Part shown: positions 40,393 through 53,712 of the stretch, in pieces
How positions within the stretch are numbered: position 1 is the first letter of the stretch
Layout of the letters: each line of letters opens with the position of its first letter
Origin: Octopus vulgaris
Taxonomy: Eukaryota
Length of the DNA stretch: 64,000 bases
Direction: 5' to 3'
Assembly: GCA_951406725.2 (NCBI GenBank)
Contig: OX597819.1
Location: 50,344,001-50,408,000 of the forward strand
Made by a program: the position numbers and the translations under genes
Notes under the pieces: model-generated
The model's database searches: none
The model's input: only the letters and a program-made list of their open reading frames with translations
What the model was told of the DNA's origin: nothing

Positions 40393-41139
40393 TTTATATA
40401 TATATATATATATATGTATATGTTTGTGTGTCTGTGTTTGTCCGCCCCCCCCCCGTCGCTTAACAACCGATGTTGATGTGTTTACGTACCCGTCACTTAG
40501 CGGTTCGGCAAGAGAGACCGATAGAATAAGTTCTGGGGTCGATTTGCTCGACTAAAGGTGGTGCTCCAGCATAGCCGCAGTCAAATGACCAAACAAATAA
40601 CAGAAAAGAATACACAGTTTTATAGCTCTTACTGTCAATATTTGAAATCTTATGAAAAACTAGCTTAGACATTCATTTCATTATCCTTTGCTATCTTTCT
40701 CACTCAATGGCAAACTGCCAATATCACGAGTTCCAAATGCGATGAGCTGGCTGAATCGTTAGCAGCCCGGGCAAAACGCTTAGCGGCATCTCGTCCATCA
40801 TTACGTTGTGAGTTCAAATTCTGCAGAGATCGACTTTTCCTTTCATCCTTTCGGTGATCGATAAAATAAGTACAAGTTGAGCACTGAAGTTGATGTAATC
40901 GACAAGACCGAAGTTGCTGGCCTTGTGTCGAAATTTGGAGCTATGTCAGGAAGCCATATAATGAGGTGGCCTAAGGTTAAGTGTTGCTCTCACGATCGCT
41001 AGGTCTTTCTCCTGATATTGCTGGATTTGTACAAAAATTTGAAACCGATATCTTGAGTTCTATTAGAGCCACAGCTACCGGAGACTGGCTTTTCACAATC
41101 CAACCTCAGTCATGGGCACAACTAAAAAAATTACTTTAA

Positions 41140-41212
41140 GTAGTGCGGCCCGCCTGATAATGAATCATGTCACATGCGGCCCGCTTCTCGACAAATGCTG
41201 TCCAGACTTGCT
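41140..41212 (-). mobile_element. Possible hAT-type transposon end
   Basis: Two GCGGGCCGCA subterminal motifs just inside CAAGTCTGGACAGC. Confidence 0.35.
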
Positions 41213-41375
41213 TTACGTGGTTGCTCGACCGACCGACCAGAAATTATCAGCGAAATCTACCACAATTCTTCTGCTCGACATGTTTCGATGACCAAGATAC
41301 GCATTATATCATGACCGTGTACTTCCGAATTCATTAGAACTTGAAAGCCCAAAACAAGGCGCGCACACACACACA

Positions 41376-41435
<60 letters not shown>

Positions 41436-41765
41436 TACGAAGACGCACATGTATACTCATACACACACACACACACACAGAGACACACACGAACTATATA
41501 CATCATGTCTTTGTTTTAGACTGTAGAATATGATTTGTGTAACAATTACTTTTTCTCGCTGGTTCATATAATACCGCCCTTTGAATAGAAGCATCGACTT
41601 ACAGAATTTCGAACTGAACATCACGAGTTGATGGCGGTTTGCATACATGATGGGCAATGTCCCGCCCCTTTTGACTCGTCTTTAATGAAACTTACCTCCA
41701 TATATTTGTGCATAGGCGTAATTATCCAAGAAATCAGAAAACTGTGCGTCTAAATGAGACCATGT

Positions 41766-41865
<100 letters not shown>

Positions 41866-42347
41866 GTATGTATGTATGTATGTACGTGTATTTGTGTATG
41901 TTTGTGAGAGTGGAAGCGTCTTTCTATATCATTCGATATGTTGTTATCGCTGTTTGGAACTACGTCAAAGTGTATGGCAGTGTATGCACGTAAATGTACA
42001 TATGTTTATGTATATATATGTATATTTATATACATGTGTGTGTGTGTGTTTATGTGTGTATGTGTGTGTGTGTGCGTGTGTGTGCGTATGTGTGTGTGTG
42101 TTTAGATGTAGGTATAATTTAAAACGTATAATTATCCAATCAGAACCAAATCTTAACATTTGAGCAGATAGGATTTATTTTTCACTTTTCACTCACAGCA
42201 AAATTTAAGTCCATTTTAATTATCTACACATTTTTAACAGCTGCAATGCAATCGATGTACGTGTGCATGATTACATGTATACACATGTAGGACTACATAT
42301 ATGAGTGTGCGTTTGTGCGCGCGCGCTCATATATATATGCGCTTACG

Positions 42348-42398
<51 letters not shown>

Positions 42399-42567
42399 TA
42401 CATATTGACATATTCTCACACGCATTCGTGAGTGTGCATACGTATGTTTATGAGTGTATATATATATATACATACATACACATACACACACATATACACA
42501 TATATCCATGCACATATCTACATACATATAGAAACATACATATATGCAACTATATATATTAATAGAT

Positions 42568-42615
<48 letters not shown>

Positions 42616-42825
42616 CATATACGTATATATGTATATGTACTCACACACACACATACACACGTACGCATACGCGCGCAGATATCACATGCGTATGCATGTA
42701 CTTTTTCGTTACGAGTATACAAATAATTGCATGTTTACATACGTACAATTTACATATACCTACATATCATGTTTTTATTGGATCCTTAATTGATGTCGCT
42801 ACGTATATCCACGATTATTTATCTA

Positions 42826-42937
<112 letters not shown>

Positions 42938-43222
42938 AGTATAAATGCAGATTTGCGAGCAGATGCATGTTTATGTAGTTGCATGTATGTGCAGGTGCAA
43001 CGGCGAATGCTTATTCTCTGCAAGCGTGTGTGTGAATATCTGTATGTAAGTATGTCTGTATGCATGTGTCTATATTTTGTATATGCGAAATCGGATGTGT
43101 TTTCTATATTAACTACATTTATATGCTAGTGGTGGAAATGATGGATGAGTGATTCTAAAACAAAGAAAGACAAAATAAATAAAAACAAATACGCATACAC
43201 GTACAAGCCTGTGCCTATGTAG

Positions 43223-43257
<35 letters not shown>

Positions 43258-43283
43258 TATATATATATATATATGTGTTTATA

Positions 43284-43323
<40 letters not shown>

Positions 43324-43371
43324 TATATATATATGTGTTTATATATATGTATATATATATGTATATATATG

Positions 43372-43403
<32 letters not shown>

Positions 43404-43405
43404 TA

Positions 43406-43778
43406 GGCGCAGGAGTGGCTGTGTGGTAAGTAGCTTGCTAACCAACCACATGGTTCCGGGTTCAGTTCCACTGCGTGGCATCTTGGGCAAGTGCCTTGTG
43501 AGTGGATTAAGTAGACGGAAACTCAAAGAAGCCCGTAGTATATATGTATATATATATATATATATGTATGTATGTGTTTGTATTTCTGTGTTTGTTCCCC
43601 TAAGCATTGCTTGACAACCGATGCTAGTGTGTTTACGTCCCCGTCACATAGCGGTTCGGCAAAAGAGACCGATAGAATAAGTACTGGGCTTGCAAAGAAT
43701 AAGTCCCGGGGTCGATTTGCTCGACTAAAGGCGGTGCTCCAGCATGGCCGCAGTCAAATGACTGAAACAAGTAAAAAA
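43406..43778 (+). mobile_element. SINE family B with a small deletion in the CORE-like region
   Basis: GGGCAAG joins directly to TGCCTTGTGAG. Confidence 0.9.
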
Positions 43779-44019
43779 AATATGTATATATATGTATATA
43801 TATATATATATGTATATATATGTGTATATATGTATATATATGTGTATATATATATATATGTATATATATGTATATATATGTATATATATATGTATATATA
43901 TATGTATATATATATGTATATATATGTATATATATATGTATATATATATAATGTAGTGATATATATATAGACATATGCACTAATATACATACATGCATAT
44001 ATGTGTATGTATATATATA

Positions 44020-45033
44020 CAGACATCTCTTCAGTTGCTAAGATGGCCACCCTTGCTAGCTATGCAGATGGCACAAAAGTCTCCCACACAATACAAAACC
44101 CTGAAAATATTGCGCATCTGCAACAGGAGTTGGACACAATATACAGGTGGGCTGAGGACAACAACATGCAGTTTAATGCAGGTAAGTTCAAGGCCCTGCG
44201 CTACCGGCACACAGACTGGATACACTGGCCCAGGAAGAATTGCAATCCCTGAGTCAAAATCAGTGCGTGACCTGGGCATTGACATGAGCAATGATGCATC
44301 TTTCCAAGTGCATATTACTAATCTGGTGATAAAATGCAGACGGCTAGCTGGATGGATTCTCCGAACTTTCAGAACAAGAGAGAAGGAGACACTGATGGTC
44401 CTATGGAAAACATTCGTCCTCAGCCGCTTGGACTACTGCTCCCAACTATGGTCACCACACAATATAAAACTAACAGCAGAACTCGAAGCAATTCAGAGAA
44501 GCTACACAAAGAAAATCGTCTCAATGCAAAATATCAGCTACTGGGAAAGACTGAAAGTATTAAACCTCTTCTCCCTAGAGCGGAGGCGGGAGAGATATGC
44601 GGTGATATACATCTGGAAAATCCTGGAGGGTCTTGTCCCAAACTTTGGCATTCAAAGTTACCCCAACCGCAGAACGGGGCGCCACTGCATGGTGCCAAAG
44701 ATTCCAACATCACCATCAAAATACAGGTCCAGATACTGCAACAGCTTGGGTTTCAGAGGACCACAGCTCTTTAACATCCTCCCTAAATGCCTGAGAGACT
44801 TACATGGTGTGGATGTGGGTTTCTTTAAAACTAAACTGGATCTCTTCTTGTCGGGAGTCCCAGATGAACCTACCTCACGACAGGAGACGCAGATGCGGGC
44901 AGCAGCATCGAACTCCCTTGTTGATCAAGTGCCACGTATCAGAGGTGGATTCATATATTAGTGTAGCTCATTCAGCGGTGGTGCGCCAGCATGGACGCGG
45001 CCTTCGGGCTAAAACATTTTTAAGGATTTAAGG

Positions 45034-45039
<6 letters not shown>
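44020..45039 (+). mobile_element. 5'-truncated CR1-group LINE (RT C-terminus + 3'UTR)
   Basis: LASYADGTK and WAEDNNMQFNAGKF, then a frameshift into VRDLGI...SRLDYCSQLWSP...LFSLERRRERY (stop 44961). Short tandem tail TAAGGATTTAAGGATTT; flanked by (TA)n. Confidence 0.9.
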
Positions 45040-45071
<32 letters not shown>

Positions 45072-45224
45072 GCACACAGACGTATAAACCTACGCACATA
45101 CATGTATGCTTACACACACGCACATATGCATACATACATGCACTCACACGTGGATATATATATACGCTCACTCAGACACTCGCATATATATATATGTATG
45201 TATATATATATATATATATACGCA

Positions 45225-45299
<75 letters not shown>

Positions 45300-45591
45300 T
45301 TGACTAACTGTGACCCGTTGGGTCACCGGGGAAGTCTGAGTTTTCCAGCAACGGAGTTTTGTTTCGTTTTTTTTTTCTTGTTTTCCATGTTATCTCGCAC
45401 TCTTTCAACGAACGTAACACCGAAATCACGCGTAAACGGCTCTTTTCCCTTGAAAAGTAAAGACTTGGCTGCTATTTCTTGCACGCTTTGCTACCATGTA
45501 ATAGGTATTTCGGGTCCTTTATCTCAAATAGCTGCTACGTGGTATCAGGTGTGCTAGAAAAAGTAGCCACATCTTTGGAGGTGAGATACGT

Positions 45592-45960
45592 TGTGAAATA
45601 GTTTTTTTCCATAGGTTTCGAAAGAAACCCATGGAAAAAAACTATTTCACACTGAGGTTACAAACGGGTATTTTACGAAATATTTAAAATATTTTTAAAG
45701 TCATTTTCACTTTAAAATATTTTGCCTATTATAATGTGTCTAATGGAAAGGTTAGACTTCTTTCCCTTTCAAAGTTAAGTTATTTTCGGAGTATTTTCTC
45801 CTTATGCACCGTTTGGGGTATTTATACCCGCAAATCCCGAATATCTCAATATCTACTGGTCCAATTTAAACGAAACTTGTTTTATTCCTTTTGTATTCAC
45901 ATTTCCGGGGCAATTTACTTTCAAAGTATTTTCCCATTATGCACCAGTTTGGCTGTGTAA
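45592..45960. mobile_element. Helentron/HINE-like fragment beginning with a 28-bp-stem hairpin
   Basis: Hairpin 45592-45651; ATCTCAATATCTACTGGTCCAATTTAAACGAAACTTG resembles a HINE core. Confidence 0.45.
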
Positions 45961-46023
45961 CATTGCAAGCAAGTAAGCAAAATTGAACTTAATTTTTTTA
46001 ATATATATAAATATAAAAGAACG

Positions 46024-46056
<33 letters not shown>

Positions 46057-46132
46057 TGTATGTATGTATGTATGTATGTATGTATGCATGTATGTATGTA
46101 TGTATGTATGTATGTATGTATGTATGTATGTA

Positions 46133-46172
<40 letters not shown>

Positions 46173-46336
46173 CTAGGTTATAAGAATTTAGAAACTGAAA
46201 GAATGGAAATTAATTTGTTTTTTACTGGCAGAACTCGAAATAGATAAAGCTATAATAGCGTGTGAATATTGAGCTAAAAAGTCCTTCAGCGGGAAAGGGT
46301 AGAAAGCTGCCCATAAAACACGAATTTATCTTTCTT

Positions 46337-46412
<76 letters not shown>

Positions 46413-46413
46413 C

Positions 46414-46469
<56 letters not shown>

Positions 46470-47036
46470 CTATATATATATACTTACACATACACACAGA
46501 TACTTACATATGTACAATCCCTTACACATACACCCACGCATGCATACACAAACATAAACATACAGATATATTAAACACATCAATGTAATCACCAAATGGG
46601 AATCGGAAAAACTGCACCATGGGACTCAATAATTCAAACTAAATAGCTGCCATTCCCGGTCAACCGCACGAGCAATTCAGTACAATATCTAATACAATTT
46701 ATAGTAAATATCTTAGCCATTTCTGATTGTTTTCTTCAACAATTAAGGCAAATAGTTCACGGCTAAAACATAGAATTATGGTGTGATACATTGCTATAAT
46801 GAGCACTGGTAGAAAGTGTTTGAAACGCTGGTTCTAAGAGGCTGACGAATTATTTATGAAACTGGTGAGATACTTGAGAAGTTGGAAGAGTTCAGACTAA
46901 GGAATATTCCAATATTCGAAAGAGATCATGTAATATTTGTGTGCTGTGGTTGGTTACGTAATCACATGGTAAGTAATGAGAGGTGCGGTTCGAAACTCAT
47001 TTGCGAACATTTGTATTCTATACTTATGGCATATAA

Positions 47037-47414
47037 TGGAACTCCGTCGGTTGCGACGACGAGGGTTCCAGTTGATCCGATCAACGGAACAGCCTGCTCG
47101 TGAAATTAATGTGCAAGTGGCTGAGCACTCAACAGACACGTGTACCCTTAACGCAGTTCTCAGGGTGATTCAATGTGACACAGAGTGGGACTATGCTGGC
47201 CCTTTGAAATACAGGTAGAACAGAAACAGGAAGAAAGAGTGAGAGAAATGGTGGTGAAAGAGTACAGCAGGATTCACCACCATTCCCTGCCGGAGCCTCG
47301 TTGAACTTTAAGTGTTTCCGCTCAATAAACACTCACAACGCCCGGTTTGGGAATCGAAACCGCGATCGTACGATTTCGAGTCCGCTGCCCTAACCACCGA
47401 GCCATTGCGTCTCC
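47037..47414 (-). mobile_element. SINE family C1 (tRNA head)
   Basis: Minus strand TGGCTCGGTGGTTAG (A box) and GGTTTCGATTCCC (B box); 3' tail shared with 53275-53552 and 59061-59377. Confidence 0.85.
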
Positions 47415-47574
47415 ACTTATATACTATACTATATATCTGTATATACCATATTAATCCACACACACACAAACACACACACGCATACACACACACATACACA
47501 CACACACAAACATACACACACATACACACACAATATATATACATATGTATATGTATTTATATATATTCCAAAAT

Positions 47575-47775
47575 GTAGCAACATGTGGATTGTTGTCGAT
47601 TTTTTTCCTCCGTCTTCCTCTTCTTTTGGACTTTCTTCTGTCTCCTGTTTTTGAAGAAGTGCTCGAAACGCAAAACATCTTTCCTTTCCTAAGTGACTTA
47701 TTAATATTTTGCATGTACCATGTCCTCACGTTGTTGTTTTTAAAGTCTTTTTTCCCTGTTGCTTTTTGATTAATT
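47575..47775 (+). mobile_element. PLE-terminal-like fragment with a degenerate minimal hammerhead (47646-47677)
   Basis: TGTTT tTGAAGA agt GCTC GAAA CG c A AAACA: helix I intact, C3 and U16.1 mutated. Confidence 0.5.
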
Positions 47776-47930
47776 GTATATATATATATTTTTTTATATA
47801 TATGATATATTTCAATATATATATATATATATGAAGAGAGAGAGAAGAGGGGAGAGAGAGTGAGTGCGTGTAGGAGAGACTATATAGATTTGTATATCTC
47901 CTTTTCTGTGATTTACATCCATCCATAACG

Positions 47931-48017
<87 letters not shown>

Positions 48018-48030
48018 GATCGATCTATCT

Positions 48031-48206
48031 GGGCGTGACTGTGTGGTAAGAAGCTTGTTTTCCAACCACATGGTTCCAGGTTCCGTCTTGTACGTGACAC
48101 CTTGGGCAAGAGTCTTCTATAACCTCGGTCGACCAAAAGCCTTGTGAGTGAATTTGGTAGACGGAAACTGAAAGAAGCCCATCCTATATATACATACATA
48201 CATACA

Positions 48207-48264
<58 letters not shown>

Positions 48265-48501
48265 AATTCAGAGAAGGACGAGATGGACGCTTCATTTTTA
48301 TGCTGTTGCCGCATTATGTCGTACGCGAATGAGAGGATTTGCATCCCCAACGTAGAATTTTTGATGTAATACATGTCCTTGGGGTAGTAGTTGTGCGCGG
48401 CTGAAGAAGGCCATAGACACACATTATGCATTATTATAAATCCGTCTAATAAAGGCCCGAAACATATGTACCGCTGAATCCTTGGCATCATGTTTTTATT
48501 T

Positions 48502-48564
<63 letters not shown>

Positions 48565-48780
48565 TCTGTGTGTGTGAGTGTGTGTTGTCTCCTACCACCT
48601 CTGGACAACCGGTGCTGGTGTGTTTACGTCTCCATCTGTTAGCAATTCGGCAAAAGAGCCCGATAAAAACACATGAGGCTTCAAAAAATAAATACCGGAC
48701 AAATAATTCTTCAAAGCAGTGCCCCACTATGCCCGCGCTCTAGCGACTGAAACAAATAAAAGATAAATGGGAAAAGATAA
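48031..48780 (+). mobile_element. SINE family B with a hammerhead-bearing insert (48265-48503) in its internal (TA)n
   Basis: Head 48031-48185; tail ~48570-48780. Confidence 0.8.
48397..48474 (+). ncRNA. Type I hammerhead ribozyme
   Basis: GCGG CTGAAGA A GGCC a TAGAC...GTCTA ataaa GGCC C GAAA CATATG T A CCGC. Palindromic helix III ACATATGT; site GUA, cleavage after 48470. Confidence 0.8.
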
Positions 48781-49261
48781 AATATTTCGTTCGAGTCAGT
48801 TTCCTGCTTGTCTGAGATTTAGTCTTGGAGGTATAGGTAGCTTCAGGCTAATTACGACTCGGAACATGCATGAAGGACTCACAGGCGTAAGAGACTAATT
48901 TGACCAATATAAATTATTATTGCTCTCTACTATGGTATCGATATTTTTTTTCAGACATTCAACACTACGTGCATATATGGATGTGTGTGTGTGTGTGTAT
49001 GTGTGTGTGAGTGTATATATATAAATCCCATAAGTCATGTTTGCTTCGTCTTTGATCACAGTTCCCTCCAAGGACGGTCGAAATCACGTAATCAGGTGGT
49101 GTCGGCGCTGCTGGAAGATGGCGGAGATTTATCTCCTCGCCCGTAATATTAACAAGCGTGCATTTTGCAGCAAAAGCCAATCCGAGAATTTCTCTCACAG
49201 GAACTACTGCAGTATAGTTTGTCCTCACAGAATATCCACATTTAAGTGGGGATAAATAATA

Positions 49262-49497
49262 CACAACGTAGCAATTTTCAAAAAAAAATTGTTTATTGTA
49301 TTTTTTTTATTGTTTATCAATCCATTTTTTCTGCTGATTCCAAAAATGAAATTATTATTTTGTGTATCATCAATATTTAAAAAAATATGTCAACTTTCAA
49401 TGTTATTATATATTCGGTATTTTTATAATGTTCCCTTACTAAATGTATGTCGAATTTTCTCTTTCAGACCAATTACTAAGTTCTGCTACTTTCAGAA

Positions 49498-49530
<33 letters not shown>

Positions 49531-50448
49531 GTACACACGAAAAGGTGGTGAAAAGTTTCTGGCTCTAAGGGCGCCGCGAAAGGCGTATGTAAAAATTCAC
49601 CAGATACATTTTGCTATGTGTGTGGTTATTATATTGGAAAAAAGCAGGTATTACATAAGATCGTGAAAGGTGCTAAATTGTGGATAGCGTACAGACTCTA
49701 TTTCGGAATGCCCATAGATGACTAGGACAAAGCATGGGCCCCACATGTGATATGTGGAAGCTGTCGATCTACTCTAGAAGGATGGTTAAGAGGTATAGGA
49801 AGGTCAATGCCTTTTGCCATTCCAAGGGTATGGAGAGAGCCAAAGAACCGTCACGATGACTGTTACTTTTGTATGATCGATGCGACAAAGTACAGAAAAG
49901 TGAAAGGAAGACAAGCTCATCAGTATCCAGACATACCATCATCTAGAGCACCTGTCCCACATAATGACTGTTTACAAGTACCACTACCACCAGAAAAATA
50001 TTTCATCTGCAGAGTCAACAAGTAGCAGCAGCCAAGAAATGGAGGAGACTTTCTTACCAAGAACGACTTCGGAGCCTCACTTTCCAAATCAGAGTGAGCT
50101 AGATGATTTAATCAGGGATCTGAGTTTTACTAAGTCAGGAGCTGAACTTCTTTCATCAAGGTTGAAGGAATGGAATCTACTGGGGGAAGACTGCAAGACA
50201 TCTGTGTATCGGAAACGCCATGAAGAATTTGAAACTTACTATGAAAATTAATGATCTGTGTTATTGTAAAGATCTGATTGGTTTGTTTACTGCTATTGGA
50301 CTCAAGCATGATTCTGCAGAATGGCGACTGTTCATAGATAGCTCAACACGAAGTCTCAAAGCAGTGTTGCTCCGCAATGGAAATAAATATCCTTCTTTGC
50401 CTCTTGCACATTCCACACAGAAGGAAGAAAATTACGATAATGTCAAAT
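49262..50448 (+). mobile_element. Chapaev3-like (CMC) DNA transposon 5' part with a transposase pseudogene
   Basis: CAC... left end; CKNSPDTFCYVCG (from 49588), D*DKAWAPHVICGSC, MPFAIPRVWREPKNRHDDCYFC, AELLSSRLKEWNLL and WRLFIDSSTRSLKAVLLRNGNKYPSLP. One stop and two frameshifts; 3'-truncated. Superfamily assigned from memory of the motifs. Confidence 0.75.
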
Positions 50449-50971
50449 ACGTTAAACAAGAAAAGAACAACTAACTTATAGACACGCTGTTTCTTATCAA
50501 TGGAGTCAACATTTCGTAACGTTTACCATGAGCCCTCGTAGCTCCATTCATATTTCTGGTATAAATTATACAGATTCCAGATAAATGAAAAGTATCGGGA
50601 TTTGAACTCAGAAAGCAGGTGCTAGAAAATTGAATACTATAAGGCACCTAGTCAGGTGCTTTGTCGTTTCTCTAATTACATGGTTCTTGATAAATTTGTA
50701 CAGCAATGCAGTTTCTCCGATATTGTTACATCAAATGAAATCATGACATACTTGAAGATCTGAATGTAGAAAGCAGTGTGTAAGAGAGTGGAGATAGATA
50801 GATAGACAGACAGATAGATAGATAGATATAGAGAGAGAGAGCGAGAAGAGAAAGAGGGAGAGAATGTGCATATGTGTCGGTGTGTCTATGAGTGTGTGGG
50901 TGCGTGATTGCTAAAAGGTATGCGTTTGGTTTTACATGTGTGCGTGTGCATGTTTGTTTGCTTGAGTGTGT

Positions 50972-51002
<31 letters not shown>

Positions 51003-51192
51003 AGTGTGTGTGTGTATTTTGTGTATTTCTTATTTATGCGATATATTCTTTGAAGTGGAATTAAACGTGCGCAAACATATTGGCATATGTGTAGTAGACC
51101 AAAGCCTGTGTGCATGTACTCATCAAAACATACAATCCGTATATACACAGATAACATACATACATACATACATACATACATACATACATACA

Positions 51193-51227
<35 letters not shown>

Positions 51228-51420
51228 GTGTGTGTGCATGTGTGTATATATATATGTATATATATTTATCAAGGCATACGAGACAGACACAGAGAGACAT
51301 AAATCGTTACATACTCAAATGTGTATGGTAATAGAAAGCTGAAGCATATACACATCCTTGCATAATTATCTTTGTATGCAAACATCGAGTGTTGTGGGTC
51401 TCTGTATGTGAGTATGCGCG

Positions 51421-51459
<39 letters not shown>

Positions 51460-51527
51460 GATACATAGATACATATATATATATATAGATATATATATAT
51501 ATACATATACATACATGCATTAATATA

Positions 51528-51565
<38 letters not shown>

Positions 51566-51570
51566 GATAT

Positions 51571-51605
<35 letters not shown>

Positions 51606-51621
51606 CGTATACATACATACA

Positions 51622-51670
<49 letters not shown>

Positions 51671-51802
51671 ATATACGCCTATAAACACACACTTATTCGC
51701 ATATATATGTATGTATATGCACACATGCATATCTATATATATGTAAATATAGTATTCTTTTATGTACATATATATACACACATACCTATTCACGAACATA
51801 AG

Positions 51803-51833
<31 letters not shown>

Positions 51834-52382
51834 GTTTGTGTGTGTGTGTGTGTATGTATGACACCGAATGTATATTTGTTACTTAATGCAATAACTATGA
51901 ATGTGTCCGTGTGTGTGTATACGTGTGTACGTATGTGTGTGTGTATGTGTATGTGTGTGTGCGTGAGAGAGAGAGAGAGAGACTGTGTGTGTGTTTGTGT
52001 GCGTGCTTGGGTGTGCGTGTTTGTATGTGTGCAATTCTGTGTAGATATGTTCTCAGCTGAAATAATTATCATTTATTCGAAATCTTATTTAGCTCTTATA
52101 GCCTCTCCAGAGTGTCGCCAGGGGGAGTTTCAGTATAATTGATAGCTTCATGTTTACTTTGCTGCTACTGGTAAACACAAGCCATTATTTGGATTGATAG
52201 CAGTGCACCATTACCTCTGATTTTTATTGCTTCTTTCCTGCAATTACCAACCAGCTTTCTGCTTGATAGCATCAGTCTTAGCGACGAGTATATATGCTTG
52301 ACTATGCACATGCGCACAAACACATTGACATTCGACTACGCACAAATCTTGTTAACGTACACCCATCCGCATATACACGTAT

Positions 52383-52464
<82 letters not shown>

Positions 52465-52645
52465 GTGCATACTTGTTTGTATACACAAACATCTATGCTT
52501 ATATATGTACATATTTATATGTACATACATATGGATATGTAAATACGAAAATGTATATATATATATATATAGATAGATAGATATAGATACAGATATAATT
52601 ATATATACATATATAGATACAGACGCATACATACATATAAGTATG

Positions 52646-52684
<39 letters not shown>

Positions 52685-53047
52685 GTATATGTACTTATAT
52701 ATACACAAACACATATACACACAAATATATACACATAGACACACGCACGGGAGTTCAGATCTGGCATACCGCTAGTCGGTACTCACCTATTTCCATTCGT
52801 CAAGAAATTAGGCAGCTAATTTTTCTAATTAATTCTAATTGTTGATTAATTTTCCCAGTAGAAAATTGTACATATAAATATAACCTCACCGTAATTATCG
52901 CCAGGCATCTGACGAACAAGAAGGATAAACTCTGTGTAGTGAGTGAGATTTCAGCTTTCGGAATTAAACTTATTCTATTCTATCCCGCCGTATTGAGTAC
53001 TTCTTCGGACCCAACTGACTACAAATTGAAGGTAAGTATTGAAGGTA

Positions 53048-53552
53048 AGGCAGTGAGCTGGTAGAATCATTAGCACGCCGGGCAAAATGCTTCACGGCAT
53101 TACGTCCGTCTTTACGTTCTGAGTTCAAATTCCGCCGAGGTCGACGTTGCCATTCATTCTTTCAGGGTTGATAAATTAAGTTCCAATCGAGTACTGGGGG
53201 CGATGTAATCGACTAACTCCCTCCCACAAAATTTCGGGTGTTGTGCCTAAAATAGAAAAGATTATATATAGTGTGAAGGCGCATAGTTCAGTTGTTAAGG
53301 TATTCGGTTCACGATTGTAAGGTCGTGAGTTCGATTCTCGGCGGCGTGTTGTGTCCTTTAGCAAGACAATTTATTTCACATTTCAGTTCGCTCAGCTGCT
53401 AAAAAATGAGTTGTACTTGTAATTAGAAGCGCCAGCTTTTTATCCTGCTCCATGCCGAATCTCTCTGAGAACTACTTTAAAGGTACGCGTGTCTGTGGAA
53501 TACTCAACCATTTGCACTATATTTCCCCGTGCAGATTGTTCCGAGGATCGGA
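53048..53552 (+). mobile_element. SINE A (53048-53263) followed by SINE family C2 (53275-53552)
   Basis: A/B boxes in both; C2 has CORE-like TTGTGTCCTTTAGCAAGACA. Confidence 0.8.
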
Positions 53553-53712
53553 TTAAAATTTTAGTCAACATATTTCTCTCTCAGATTCATATACTTATTG
53601 CAGTGGTCCTTAAATTTTTCTGAGCCCTGTGAAAGAACTCGGGAAGTTGGGCCCCCAATCGGGCCTTTCGCGGCGCCCTTAGAGCCAGAAACTTTTCACC
53701 ACCTTTTCGTGA
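53553..53712 (-). mobile_element. Mariner-derived MITE fragment
   Basis: TIR-like CGAAAAGGTGGTGAAAAGTTTCTGGC; encodes a mariner-like C-terminus FFHRAQKNLRTT / KFKDHCNKYMNLREKYVD*. Confidence 0.6.

Noticed and set aside
43993-44961. 322-aa ORF as a host gene
   Set aside because: Its N-terminus is microsatellite plus an off-frame segment; the rest is a CR1-group RT C-terminus.
52745-52930. CTGACGA at ~52908 within an imperfect inverted repeat
   Set aside because: No properly placed GAAA or helices II/III.
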